A stretch of DNA of 63,707 nucleotides from Octopus bimaculoides (GCF_001194135.2 NC_069001.1:9742340-9806046), one strand, 5' to 3'. Positions 37,631 through 50,475 are shown, counted from the stretch's first letter. Notes: generated by a model from the sequence alone, not told the origin. Program-made: numbers and translations.

Positions 37631-37833
37631 AATATTCTTTTCTACTTTAGGCACAAGGTCCGAAATGTTTGGGGAGCGGGCTAGTCGATTAGATCGACTC
37701 CGGTATGCATCTTGTACTTAATTTTCGCGATCCCCGAAAGAGTGAAAGGCAAAATCGAATTCGGCGGTATTTGAACTCAAAACGTAGACAGGCAAAATAC
37801 CGCTGAGCATTTAGCCGGCGTACTAACGTTTCT
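37631..37833 (-). mobile_element. SINE-B
   Basis: GGCACAAGG.CCGAAAT tail type; head cut at the A-box. Confidence 0.85.
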
Positions 37834-38056
37834 TATTTCTACCCACAAGGTTCAACACACAGAGGGGACAAAGAAGTACAGACAAAGGGATTAAGTCGAT
37901 TATATCACCTCCAGTGCATAACTGGTACTTATTTAATCGACCCCGTAAGGATGAAAGGCAAAGTCGACCTCGGTGGAATTTGAACTCAGAACATAAAGAG
38001 AGACAAAATAGCGCTAAGCATTTCGCCCGTCGTGCTAACGTTTCTGCCAGCTCGCT
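37834..38056 (-). mobile_element. SINE-B, full length
   Basis: CCCACAAGG tail type; third of three adjacent copies. Confidence 0.92.
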
Positions 38057-38424
38057 AATTAAGCACTGATAATAAGAGAAAAAAAAGAAAAAAAAACTGA
38101 GTGAAAGCAACGGCATAGCAACGACGACAACGGCCATGACAACAACAAGAACAACATGAGTGTAAAGAAAGTGCTGAAGTGAATCAGTTATAAACTCTCT
38201 TATTGAATTAGATTGTTTTTTTCTTGTTGATAGGAGAGTTCGGCTCATAATTGATACACAGCCAACAAATGTCACACTTGGTGACTTTTGCTGTTTGCAC
38301 CTCTATTTAAAGATTTCACCTGATAAAGACTGAATATACATCCAGAGCTTATTGCTGGCTTAGGTGTACATGCATACATGCATATATCTATCTACCTACC
38401 TACCTACATACATATATTCAATAA

Positions 38425-38455
<31 letters not shown>

Positions 38456-38497
38456 TACGTATGTACAAGTGAATACAGGTATATGTATGTATATATG

Positions 38498-38545
<48 letters not shown>

Positions 38546-38636
38546 AATGTAAATGTACAGGTATATATATGTATATGTATGTTTATATAAGTATGAATGT
38601 ATTTATATGTATATATACATATATGTATGTATATAC

Positions 38637-38697
<61 letters not shown>

Positions 38698-39141
38698 CAT
38701 GCATGCACACACACACACGCACATACACACACATAAATATATTAGGAAACCATTTGTATTTCTGTACTTAAATTCATTTTGTATACACATTTGTGTGAAG
38801 TATGTCGTACGGGCAAGTTTTTTTTTATCAGTTTGCACACGGATACACGAACGCTGACACCTATGCACTCACAAGCACATACAAGCATATGCTTAGATAT
38901 ATGTATGCTTGCACATACATATACATATACATACTGATGTGTATATATATATATATGTATATGTATGTGTGTGTGTAGGTATGCGTATATGCACAAACCA
39001 TAAACCTTGAAAAACTTTCGTCAAGGAAACATCGAAAATAAATACAAACATGCATGCGTATATTCATATATACACTCGTACAACATACATGAATATATCA
39101 ACACACACACGCATATCTACGTACACACACACACACACATG

Positions 39142-39172
<31 letters not shown>

Positions 39173-39182
39173 NNNNNNNNNN

Positions 39183-39227
<45 letters not shown>

Positions 39228-39816
39228 GCAATGTATGCATATATGTATATATTTATATATGTATATATAACACATAAACACACATACACACACACCAATC
39301 TTGGTACCAAAAAACATTTACTGGAATGGTGAACGGCTACACATGTAAAGAAACGTTCCTAACTTCCTCACATTTGTTCAAATATTGCCAGAAAGGGCAA
39401 ATGTTTTGCAGTATTTAAACTCAACCATATATGTATATTCCATATTTTTTGTGTTTATATTCCGGCAAAATTTCAAGGAGCATTTTTCTTTTTTTTCAGG
39501 GTTGTGTGTCAAGAAATCCTTTTACCTGGGGCTACAGGCAAAAAATATTTACCCTTAATATGTCTGAAAATAAATCAGATGATATTGACCGAGAGCACAT
39601 TCATGGCTTCCGTTTGTAGTGACTTACATTTTCTTGGCATCGGTTCAACTCCCTAATAAAACTGTCCCCTAGAGCCTGTTAAGCTATATGCTTATGTGTA
39701 GAGCACACACACACAATTACGTACCTATACATACATATATATATACATACCTATATATATCCATACCAATATATAATTATATATATAGACGTGTAGATAT
39801 ACATACATATATATAT

Positions 39817-39847
<31 letters not shown>

Positions 39848-40090
39848 GATAGATAGATAGGTAGCTATATATTTATGTATACAAGTACAATATATAAGAT
39901 ATAAGCACACGGAGTAAGATACATGCATACATACATACACACACACATATATTTATGTATGTATGTATAATTTTGTGCATATGCAATTTTCCTGTTTAAA
40001 AGTACATTTATAAATGCAGCTATGTTTATCTACATGTATCTGTGTATTTATTGTATATGTGTCTGTGTATGAAAGTATATTTGTATGCGA

Positions 40091-40130
<40 letters not shown>

Positions 40131-40242
40131 AATTTAAAATTGAAGTTACGATTTAGACTGGAGTCATCAAAAAGCAGTATCGGAATCTTTTTGGGGGCAT
40201 GTCCCAGGTACTCTATCTGAATAGGACGTTCACCTCTTATGG

Positions 40243-40280
<38 letters not shown>

Positions 40281-40396
40281 ATATGAATAATATATATATG
40301 CATATATACATACGTATATGTACATACTTACATCTATACGTATATATATGCATATGTGGGCTCAGGACGTCACGATGTGTACACCAAAAAAATTAG

Positions 40397-40766
40397 GAAG
40401 CACGAGTACATGGAAAATGAACTATTCTTTTGAACAAAGAAAGACACAGATGGAAGAGAAAACGAACAACATGAAGAACGACCCTTCATCATTTAGTTGT
40501 TGGCTGTTTTTCTAGTCTCATATTTCGAGCATTTAACAACAATATATGCTTCCGATGAAACAGTTGTTCCCGTAAAGCAAATTAAATAAGATTTAAGATT
40601 TTGCGGAAGGGCAAAATTGGTAACACAAACAGGACAGTGAAAACAAACAGGAAGGGCTGCTAAGCCTAAACGAGGTTTTGGTGGCGAATGCGTAAATCAA
40701 GCTGGGATAGGAGACAAACAAGAACACGTTTTCCTTGTTCCAACTACAACAATGAGAAAGAAAGAT
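40397..40766. repeat. Dispersed repeat E (~370 bp), unclassified
   Basis: Reverse-complement homology to 60430-60791 along its length. Confidence 0.88.
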
Positions 40767-40918
40767 AAATAGCCGTTGTCATTACTATTCATCCTTCAGA
40801 ATAATAAATTTGTAATCTTGGAAATATGGAGTAATGCTTACGTTTAATCTAAAACTCCTTTTTATTTATAACTAATAATACACACGAAGATTAATATATA
40901 TATATATATATATACATA

Positions 40919-41610
40919 CGAGGTGGGACCCGAAAGAAACAGAAATTTTGAAATATTATTTCAATTTCTTTGTTTTATACGTTTACCGCCTTCATAAGTA
41001 TTCTCGGAGCAATGCATTGGTCTTTTCCGCTATTCGAAGCAAAACACAAATTTATGAGTGCCTTCTAAGCTGGAAGACCAACTTTGTTCAGGACAACCGT
41101 TGACCCTCAGAACGAATGAAACAATCATGAACATTCACCAACTGATCTTGGAAGACCGTCATCGAAAAATTGGGGAACTTTTTGATATGACTGGTATGTC
41201 CTGGAGCTCCTGCTAACAAATTTTGAGTGAGGAGTTGTGAATTAAAAAAGTTACAGCAAAATTGGTGCTTAGCTTCTTCACAGAAGATCAAAAGTTGGTC
41301 TTCAAGTGTAGAAGCCACTCGTAAACCTGTATTTTGCTCTTGGCAGCGTCCTTGTAAACTGGTTGAAGCATGACAACTGTTTTGGCCGCCGTTTTCCCCG
41401 GCAGAAAACAGAATTTCACGGAACCTCGCTGTTCCTTCGTTTCAATCGTCGCAAAAAACGAAAGGAGATGCACGGCAAATCAAAGACGTACCACGTGGCA
41501 GTAGGACCAGACCTGAATAGACCGGTCAGCAGATTGATGCCTGAGCGTCGTATCAACTGACTGGCTTGTCCCACAGAGAACGTTTCCAGTTACTTTTGGG
41601 TGCCCCCTCG
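40919..41610 (-). mobile_element. Internally deleted and rearranged mariner (irritans-like), both TIRs present
   Basis: TA-CGAGGTGGGACCCGAAAG and CTTTTGGGTGCCCCCTCG-TA ends. HTH1 (EQRGSVKFCFLPGKTAAKTVVML...VYEW) is on the minus strand; HTH2 (GQPLTLRTNETI...ILEDRHRKIGEL...KKVTAKLV) is on the plus strand. Confidence 0.88.
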
Positions 41611-41779
41611 TATATTTAAACAAAATACAAATTAGGGGAAGTACTCAACGAAAGGTACTCCGCTAGCCACTCATCAGGCCAAAAATACTTTGGTCAAATG
41701 AAGGTTACATTGACGTCAAGTGATTCCATATTGGATTTCTATTCGCTTGCATAGCAAACATATATACTCATATATATAT

Positions 41780-41858
41780 GGGGTCGATTTGTTCGACTAA
41801 AGGCGGTGCTTCAGCATGGCCGCAGTCAAATGACTGAAACAAGTAAAAGAGTAAAGAG
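41780..41858 (+). mobile_element. SINE-A 3' tip
   Basis: GGGGTCGATTTGTTCGACTAAAGGCGGTGC...GAAACAAGTAAAAGAG. Confidence 0.88.
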
Positions 41859-43289
41859 TGTATATATNNNNNNNNNNNNNNNNNNNNNNNNNNNNNNNNN
41901 NNNNNNNNNNNNNNNNNNNNNNNNNNNNNNNNNNNNNNNNNNNNNNNNNNNNNNNNNNNNNNNNNNNNNNNNNNNNNNNNNNNNNNNNNNNNNNNNNNNN
42001 NTATATATATATATATATATATGAATATATGTATTCGTGTCTATATAGATATATATGTGTATATGAATGTGTGTGTATGTGTGTACATTTATGTATATCT
42101 ACACTCACAACCACCGTTACCTGATGCATCTTCGTGTCAAGTCCGACATGACGGTCGATCATCCACTCGACCGATGAAGTGAGAAGCCTGCTTCTTCGAT
42201 GAATGCACGTTCAAGTGGCTGAGTGCCACGCAGTTATGAACCTCCCATGTAGAATCAGTGTGACACAACGGACTTCTACCGCTTTTTCGCCTACCAAGTG
42301 TTTCACACGTCATGATGTTAAACAGTGGGGACGAACAGCGCATGTCTTGATTCTGAAGGGAATTTCTTAACCACCCAGTCATGCGCGCATTTTGACACGC
42401 GTGTTGATACGTGTGTCTATATTTGCATCTGAGTATGTGCATTATATATAAATGCGTGTGTGTGTGTATGTGTGATAAATATATGTATTTGCATATATGT
42501 ATATATTTATATATATGTACATATTTGTGTATGTGTGTGTGTATAACCACACATATACACACTCATATATGCCTGTATATCTGTGTATGAATGAGAATTC
42601 GTACACTTTTATTACGTTTACGTTACAAGTACAGATGTCCACATTAAAAGCTTCACAATTTGAACATGTCACATTAGTAGTCCCGATTGTGTTTCCATTG
42701 TATATCGTGACATTTTACCAATCAACTTTAATTTGAAATGTCCCCCAACTAGCAACTTCAAAAGTTCTTCCTTTCGGCTACTCAAAAGCGAAGGACACCC
42801 TGCCAATAACGTGATAAATCTATGAAGAGATTTCATTTTGATAATACTTTAAGCTATAGCCCTAAATCCATTTAAGATTGGAAATATATTCCCAACAGAC
42901 ACGCTCATTGCAGTTCAGTTTTGATTGTATCTTATCAATACATTTTGAAATTCATTTCTTTTCTGGTTTTCTCTTCTTTCTATTTTCTGTTTTTGTTATA
43001 CAGTATAATAAGTGAATTTCGGTGTTCAATTCCCGCTGGAATTGGCTATTGAGGATGTTCGTCATTTACAGTGATTTAAAAATATATATATATATATACA
43101 TATACTAATTACACAAGTCTATTAATCTTGTTGGAAGTTGGGTAGTCGATTATATCGATCCTGCTCTGTTCAACAAGTACTTATTTATTCCTCCTGGAAC
43201 AGATTTAAAGCAAAGTTGATCTCGGTGCTATTTGAGTAAAATTACTAATAGAGAAACGAAAATAAACTTTCGAGAAAGCAACGCCACCA

Positions 43290-43490
43290 CAGGTTGCTGT
43301 AGCTTCGGTCAAAGAATGACTTTTGAGTGAGTTTGGTAGACGGTAACTTGAGGAAGCGCTTTGTATGCATATATGTGTGTGTGTCTTTATAGTTGTGCTT
43401 GCCTCCCACTTCCACCGTTTGTTAACTGGTGTTGGTTTGCTTATGTCCCCGTAACGCAGCAGTTCGGTAAATGAGCCCCAGAGAGTCATT
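43290..43490 (+). mobile_element. SINE-A, degenerate middle part
   Basis: GTGAGTTTGGTAGACGG and TTATGTCCCCGTAACGCAGCAGTTCGG motifs. Confidence 0.65.
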
Positions 43491-44658
43491 AACAAAAGAT
43501 AAAACAAAAAATATGAATACGTGCTGGGAAGAACATCATCGCACTCGATGATTTGTCTTCGACTCGTGTCGACAAATGACAAAATTATTTGCAATAAATA
43601 GAAGACCATTTGAGGTATAATTTTAAAATACCTGCTTCAACTACGAAACGAACCAGCGCTTTCCTGCAGTGCCGTGTGGTTTCTTTGAGAAACTTAGCAC
43701 TTGCAATATCTTTCTCTCAACAACTTAAAAACCAATAGCAATGTTAAAAATATCATTGAAAAATCATGCAAAAAAAAAAAAAGTAAAACCAGAGGAAAAT
43801 CTCCATCACACAAGCACACTCGCAGATAAACATGCATACATGGATGCATATATGCATACGTTCCTACATACGTGCACAAATACAGGCACAAGCAGTGCTA
43901 ACTTTCACTTTCCATAACTAATTTACCTGGCACTTAAAATTATCTACCCGGAGCCATTGTTTTCTGCTAGACATAACAAGACGCAAATATCACGAAACCT
44001 GATCTCTTAGACACACATCAATGGGTAACAATAAGTAATATAGGATCTAAGATTTGGTAATTTCCGTATGTGCCTGTACAATGACCACAAGATATCTGGC
44101 CTTTCCCACTGTCATATCTCTATACATATCATCCATATGTCTATATCATTTATTGTTAACACATATTGCCAACTTTTTGTCGCTTTCCTTGTTGGATTCG
44201 TTGTTGTAATTCTCATTGTTATTGTAGGTAGTTGGAGCGCTGGTGGTCGCAGTATTAAGTGAATTATGTACGTCTAGCAATCCATGCATACACAGGTATG
44301 GGAAGAACGCATCTTAAAATTTTCCACAAAGGCTCTATAAAACTCTCGACGTTTATCTATCTATCTATCTATCTAACTATACATCTACCTTTATGTGAGA
44401 GTACATGTAAATTTATATATATATATATNNNNNNNNNNNNNNNNNNNNNNNNNNNNNNNNNNNNNNNNNNNNNNNNNNNNNNNNNNNNNNNNNNNNNNNN
44501 NNNNNNNNNNNNNNNNNNNNNNNNNNNNNNNNNNNNNNNNNNNNNNNNNNNNNNNNNNNNNNNNNNNNNNNNNNNNNNNNNNNNNNNNNNNNNNNNNNNN
44601 NNNNNNNNNNNNNNNNNNNNNNNNNNNNNNNNNNNNNNNNNNNNNNNNNNNNNNNNNN

Positions 44659-44710
<52 letters not shown>

Positions 44711-45346
44711 TAAATATGTATATAAGCAAACAGGTAAATATATCTTTATGCATATATACATATATATATATATACATATATTACGTATATACATATGTAC
44801 ATGCACAAACAAATAAATTTATGTCTAAGTATAAATGTATGTATTTATAAATACATGCACACATGAGTTTATATATGTGTCTATGTATATGTCTATATAT
44901 ATATATTTTGTCCCTAATATTATATATATATATATATAAAGACATATATAAAGGTTTTATACATTGCAGATTGTTTTTACTCGTATACACTCTGACATTC
45001 CTTAAATATTTTTTCGTTTGTTATTTGGTAAGAAACTTCACCTTACGTAGTGCAGAGTATATCCGCCGAAAGCTATATCTTTCAATATTTGACAAAACTT
45101 CTTATAGATATATAAGTCTTATGATAATTTACAACTACGTCTTTCCTGCACCTCCTCCCTCTATCCGCACCTTCTTCATCTTCTTCTCCCCCTTCTCCGT
45201 TTAGCTTAATATTAAATTTTCCCCTCCTATTTCTTTTTCCACCGAAGATGCACACATACTCACACATGAACACACACACACAAATTCATATATGTGCTTA
45301 CATGTATATATGCATATATAAATATACACACACATACACACACGCA

Positions 45347-45386
<40 letters not shown>

Positions 45387-45651
45387 CAAGTAGACGTGTG
45401 CTTCCTTGTGTGTATGCACTGGTATGCATGTTTTCCCCGTGTGTATGAGTGTGAGAATTTGTATATTTATACCTCTATGCATATTTTCAGCTTAGTTTTT
45501 GCGTGCATGCCAAAATATCCTTCCTTCCTGCTTATCAAAGATAACCGACGGCTATTTCTAGTGAAAGAAACAAATGCATCAGGAAATCAAGCATGTCCTA
45601 TCGATGTGTGTCTACTGCATATGTACACAGGATATGTATATATATATGTAT

Positions 45652-45835
45652 ATACCTATATCATATATATATATATATATACCTATATCATATATATATA
45701 TATATATGTATGTACCTATATCATATATATATATATATGTATGTACCTATATCATAGATATATATATGTATGTATGTATATATATATATATATATATATG
45801 TATGTACCTATATCATAGATATATATATATGTATG

Positions 45836-45875
<40 letters not shown>

Positions 45876-45924
45876 TACATGTATGTACCTATATCATAGA
45901 TATATATATATGTATGTATGTATG
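45652..45924. repeat. Variable-unit minisatellite built on TACCTATATCATA
   Basis: ACCTATATCATA recurs about 7 times, separated by (TA)n/(TATG)n of growing length. Confidence 0.9.
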
Positions 45925-45934
45925 NNNNNNNNNN

Positions 45935-45994
<60 letters not shown>

Positions 45995-46012
45995 ATATAT
46001 ATATATATGTGT

Positions 46013-46195
46013 ATATATACATATATATGTATATTTACGCGCATATATACATATATATGTATATTTACGCGCATATATACATATATATGTATATTTACGC
46101 GCATATATACATATATATGTATATTTACGCGCATATATACATNNNNNNNNNNGCGCATATATACATATATATGTATATTTACGCGCATATATACA
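46013..46195. repeat. 30-bp minisatellite ATATATATGTATATTTACGCGCATATATAC
   Basis: Four perfect units at 46021-46140, continuing across a 10-N gap. Confidence 0.92.
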
Positions 46196-46830
46196 TGTGA
46201 GATATATATTTTTGTAAGTCTTGTTATGTATATATATATATATATATCTATATAACTCCTTAACTATTAACTTACATATATATTTATATGAAGTAACGTG
46301 GTTATATGTGAGAACATATATATATATATATATATATATATACGTCTATACATGCATCTTTCACAAGNNNNNNNNNNATATATATATATATATATATATA
46401 CATTAATATAATTATTAATATCATAATTTTATTTTTCTCATTTTTATGGCAACTTGCATAAAAAAAAACAAATATCAAACTGAAATTTTTCTCCGTAAAC
46501 TTTAGTAGACTTATGTATTAAGTTTTATGATAATGTTGATAGCAATATGTATCTTAGTGTTTGTGCGTATATTTGTTTATATATGTTAGATCATATATAT
46601 GCTTGCGTATGCCTGTGTAAATATATGCAGCTGCGCATAATTGTTTATATGTTATTGTGAGTGTGTTTGTAGGTGATACATACCTCTCTATCCATCCGTC
46701 CTTCTATCTATCTATCTATCTATCTCACTTCTACCCCCATAAATTCTATAAGAAATGCGAACAAACCTGTGTGAAATCAATAATGATGATAATATTAATA
46801 ATGAATATAATAATAATGTTAGTGCCTTTT

Positions 46831-47243
46831 GGCTTAAAATCTGAGACAGAAGGGTTTATCCTAACCCAGAATGAGCAACGTCTACCTACAAGAAGCTACC
46901 AGGCCAAAATCTTAAAGGACGGCAGTAGTCCAATATGTCGTGTATGTATCAAGAAAACTAAACCATCGATCGTGTTGTCTGCTTGTACAGCATTTTTGCA
47001 CCCACAGATTATTTCAACAGACATGATAGAGCAGCAGGGTATATTCACTGCAAAGACTTGGATCTGCCCCATGATAATAACTGGTGAAAATACAACACCT
47101 CCGGTGCTTGAAAATGATCATATCTCACTCCTTTGGAACTTTACTGTTCAAACTGACAGAATGATAGCTGCAAATAGGCCAGAGAACATATCGAAGGTGT
47201 TCTGACAAAAAGCATGCCTTTTCATCGATCCATTGTGCCCATT
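46831..47243 (+). pseudogene. R4/Dong-type non-LTR retrotransposon C-terminus (zinc knuckle + restriction-like endonuclease), decayed
   Basis: Frameshifted GLKSETEGFI...LPTRSYQAKILKDGSSPICRVC / TIDRVV / DYFNRHDRAAGYIH / VLENDHISLLWNFTVQTDRMIAANRPEN / KACLFID. Shows the CxxC..H....C, RHD and NRPD..D motifs of RLE-clade elements. Confidence 0.85.
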
Positions 47244-48286
47244 TTAAACCACCTGTAAGAATATGTCAGGATAATGAATGGTATATATATAAAACATTCA
47301 TGAACTAGCTCCTGGCTTTTGCAGGTTGTTTTATATACATAGAAAACGGTTTTATTTAAGTTATCCTTGTTTACTGATCGATTTAAAAGTCTTCTGCTTT
47401 TGCCGTCTGTGATATGTTTAGTAATTATAGGTTCGTGGTGTGGTTCAATTTTACCACATTTTATTTCTTCATTTAGCATATGTTATGGACACTGTTTAGC
47501 TATGCTCTTGGCTTGTGTAATGTCTTCGAAATTTACTGTTTTATCGATAGATGGTCTCGCAAATTTACTGCTTTATCAATAGTTTTAGACTAAAGAGTCT
47601 GAACATGCAAATTAGCGCTTTCTTCAAGTTTTTCATTACTTGTCCTTTTATAATGTGGTGTAAACTAAGTCCACCGTGTCTGCACAGACTTGTATTGGTC
47701 GTTACTACTCCATTTCACATACATAGTGTGTACATAGGACAACAATATATATACATACACACACGCACACACATATATGTATATGTATGTATATATATAG
47801 TCCCTCGAAACGGCCGTCATAAATTGACACTTATACATGTTTATTACTCATANNNNNNNNNNNNNNNNNNNNNNNNNNNNNNNNNNNNNNNNNNNNNNNN
47901 NNNNNNNNNNNNNNNNNNNNNNNNNNNNNNNNNNNNNNNNNNNNNNNNNNNNNNNNNNNNNNNNNNNNNNNNNNNNNNNNNNNNNNNNNNNNNNNNNNNN
48001 NNNNNNNNNNNNNNNNNNNNNNNNNNNNNNNNNNNNNNNNNNNNNNNNNNNNNNNNNNNNNNNNNNNNNNNNNNNNNNNNNNNNNNNNNNNNNNNNNNNN
48101 NNNNNNNNNNNNNNNNNNNNNNNNNNNNNNNNNNNNNNNNNNNNNNNNNNNNNNNNNNNNNNNNNNNNNNNNNNNNNNNNNNNNNNNNNNNNNNNNNNNN
48201 NNNNNNNNNNNNNNNNNNNNNNNNNNNNNNNNNNNNNNNNNNNNNNNNNNNNNNNNNNNNNNNNNNNNNNNNNNNNNNNNNNNNNN

Positions 48287-48318
<32 letters not shown>

Positions 48319-48345
48319 TGTGTGCGTGTGTTTGTGTGTGTGTAT

Positions 48346-48465
48346 TATTATTATTGAGTTAGAAAACAGAGAGATCTAATGGATACCAATTAATTTATTA
48401 ATTAAAAAAAAAATTATAAATTTGTATCCATTAGATCTCGCTGTTTTTCTAACTCGATAGCAATG
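48346..48465. repeat. Fold-back inverted repeat (~120 bp)
   Basis: Arms 48356-48386 and 48424-48455 differ by one substitution and one indel; about 10 more bp pair allowing transitions; AT-only spacer. Confidence 0.88.
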
Positions 48466-48539
48466 TTTGATATTTTACGATATTTTATATAATATATTCA
48501 TATAGGATAAGTACTAGGCTTACATTTTCTCTTCTACTC

Positions 48540-48740
48540 ATTCGCCATGCTTGACCGCTAAATCTACACGTTTTTTTTCTTCATTCTCTCTCTGTTTATT
48601 TTCTCTTATTCTTTTTTGTTGAAGAGCGTAGGCTTGAAACTTAAAATACTCTTTCCTTTTCCCGAGTGTCAAACTAACACACCTGCTTGCTGTTCATATA
48701 TCTGTCTTCGTATTTTGCTTTTCTGTAAATTTCAACTATA
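48540..48740 (+). mobile_element. Probable PLE-derived non-autonomous repeat with a degenerate hammerhead-like motif
   Basis: UUGUUGA-A-GAGC-guag-GCUU-GAAA-CUU-AAAA at 48616-48646; single copy in this window. Confidence 0.4.
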
Positions 48741-50093
48741 TAAATATATATATGTGTGTGTGTGTGTGTGTATGTGTGTGTATGTGTGTGTACGTATGTA
48801 TGTATGTATATATATATATGTATGCACACACATATATGTACATATATGTATGCACACACACATATTAAAATATATATCATCTTCAGATGTTAGATATATA
48901 GGCAACGCCTAAAATATTGTTAGTCCATTATATCATATCAAACATTACGTTTTTATGTTTACTGCTTTTAGCGATCTCTTTTTGTCACATGATAAATCAT
49001 TGAACTTCAAGTTCATCACAAGAGTCAATATAAACACTGAAAATGTAAAACATACACCTGCAAATGCATGCAAACACTTGTACGCACGCACGCACACACA
49101 CACACACACACACATATATACATCAACACATACCCACATACTCGCACGCAAACACACATACCTACACATAGACTCACACGTACATACACATAAAGATATA
49201 ATGAATGATTGAGTGTTTTTAATTAATGTTCCTGCCAAAAAAAAAAAAAAAAAAGTTTGACTACTGATGCAAAATATTCCAGTTCATAGACACGGTGTAT
49301 CATATAACTTAGTTGATGTCGAGGTGGGTCCTGTGAGAGTATTGTAACTGTAGATTTAAAAGTGTAATTTCTTAAGCAATATTAAAGCCAGTTTTACTTT
49401 GGGGAAGAATTAATCTATATTACATTTGACTATATTTTCTGATCTCCAGCATCGGAACCAGGCCCTGCTCGGAACATGTTCATCTCTGGCATACTTCTCT
49501 GGATAATTGAGACAGACGAGCACTACCACCCCTCAACAAGGATTGGACCGTGTGGTGGTTAGCTACTTGAGGATGGAGGAAAATATATTCCATGATGCTA
49601 TTTGTAATATCGAACGCATTGTCTTTAAAGTTTTTTTACATAACATAAATCATTGACCCAAAACGGATAAGATTCTTCCAATTTTGACAATTTAATGCCG
49701 TTCACACATAGAGACATCACTCACACATATCGGAAATAGAGAATTGATACCTATATCAATTCCATTATTTGATTGGTACTTGATTTTTTATAGATCCAAG
49801 AAATTTGAAAAAGCAAGATAATCATTTACTGAATTTGAGTTCAACATGTAAAGCGATGTGGTTAAATACCGAACGAACTTGCATATCGTAGCTTTATGTT
49901 CATCGAATGAAATTACAATAGCGATTTTTTCATTGAAACACAAAGTGTCACAGTTTGCAAAGAGGACAATCGGTTATATCGATCCTCTGTTTGATTCATA
50001 CATTATTTTATTGACTTCAGATGAATAAATTGCAAAGTAAACGTGGGCGGGAGTTAAAATCAGAGATTTAAAGCGGCGTTACTCTATAGCGCT

Positions 50094-50475
50094 GTGGAGG
50101 CGCAATGGCCCAGTGGTTAGGGCAGTGGACTCGCGGTCATAGGATCGCGGTTTCGATTCCCAGACCGAGCGTTGTGAGTGTTTATTGAGCGAAAACACTT
50201 AAAGTTCCACGAGGCTCCAGCAGGGGATGGTAGCGAACCCTGCTGTACTCTTTCACCACAACTTTCTCTCACTCTTACTTCCTGTTTCTGTTGTGCCTGT
50301 AATTCAAAGGGTCAGCCTTGTCACACTGTGTCACGCTGAATATCCCCGAGAACTACGTTAAGGGTACACGTGTCTGTGGAGTGCTCAGCCACTTCCACGT
50401 TAATTTCATGAGCAGGCTGTTCAGTTGATGGGATCAACTGGAACCCTCGACGTCGTAAGCGACGGAGTGCCAACA
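50094..50475 (+). mobile_element. SINE-C, full length, 13-bp TSD
   Basis: ACTCTATAGCGCT is duplicated at 50081-50093 and 50476-50488; A-box TGGCCCAGTGG, B-box GGTTTCGATTCC. Confidence 0.94.

Noticed and set aside
49440-49625. GC-richer unique island, possible minus-strand terminal exon (RSMPEMNMFRAGPGSDAGDQKI*)
   Set aside because: Plausible acceptor only; no homology recognised and no linked exons.
50094-50170. tRNA gene calls for SINE heads (also at 27441, 3521, 15263)
   Set aside because: Each continues into a repeated SINE body and lacks a complete cloverleaf; they are tRNA-derived, not tRNA genes.
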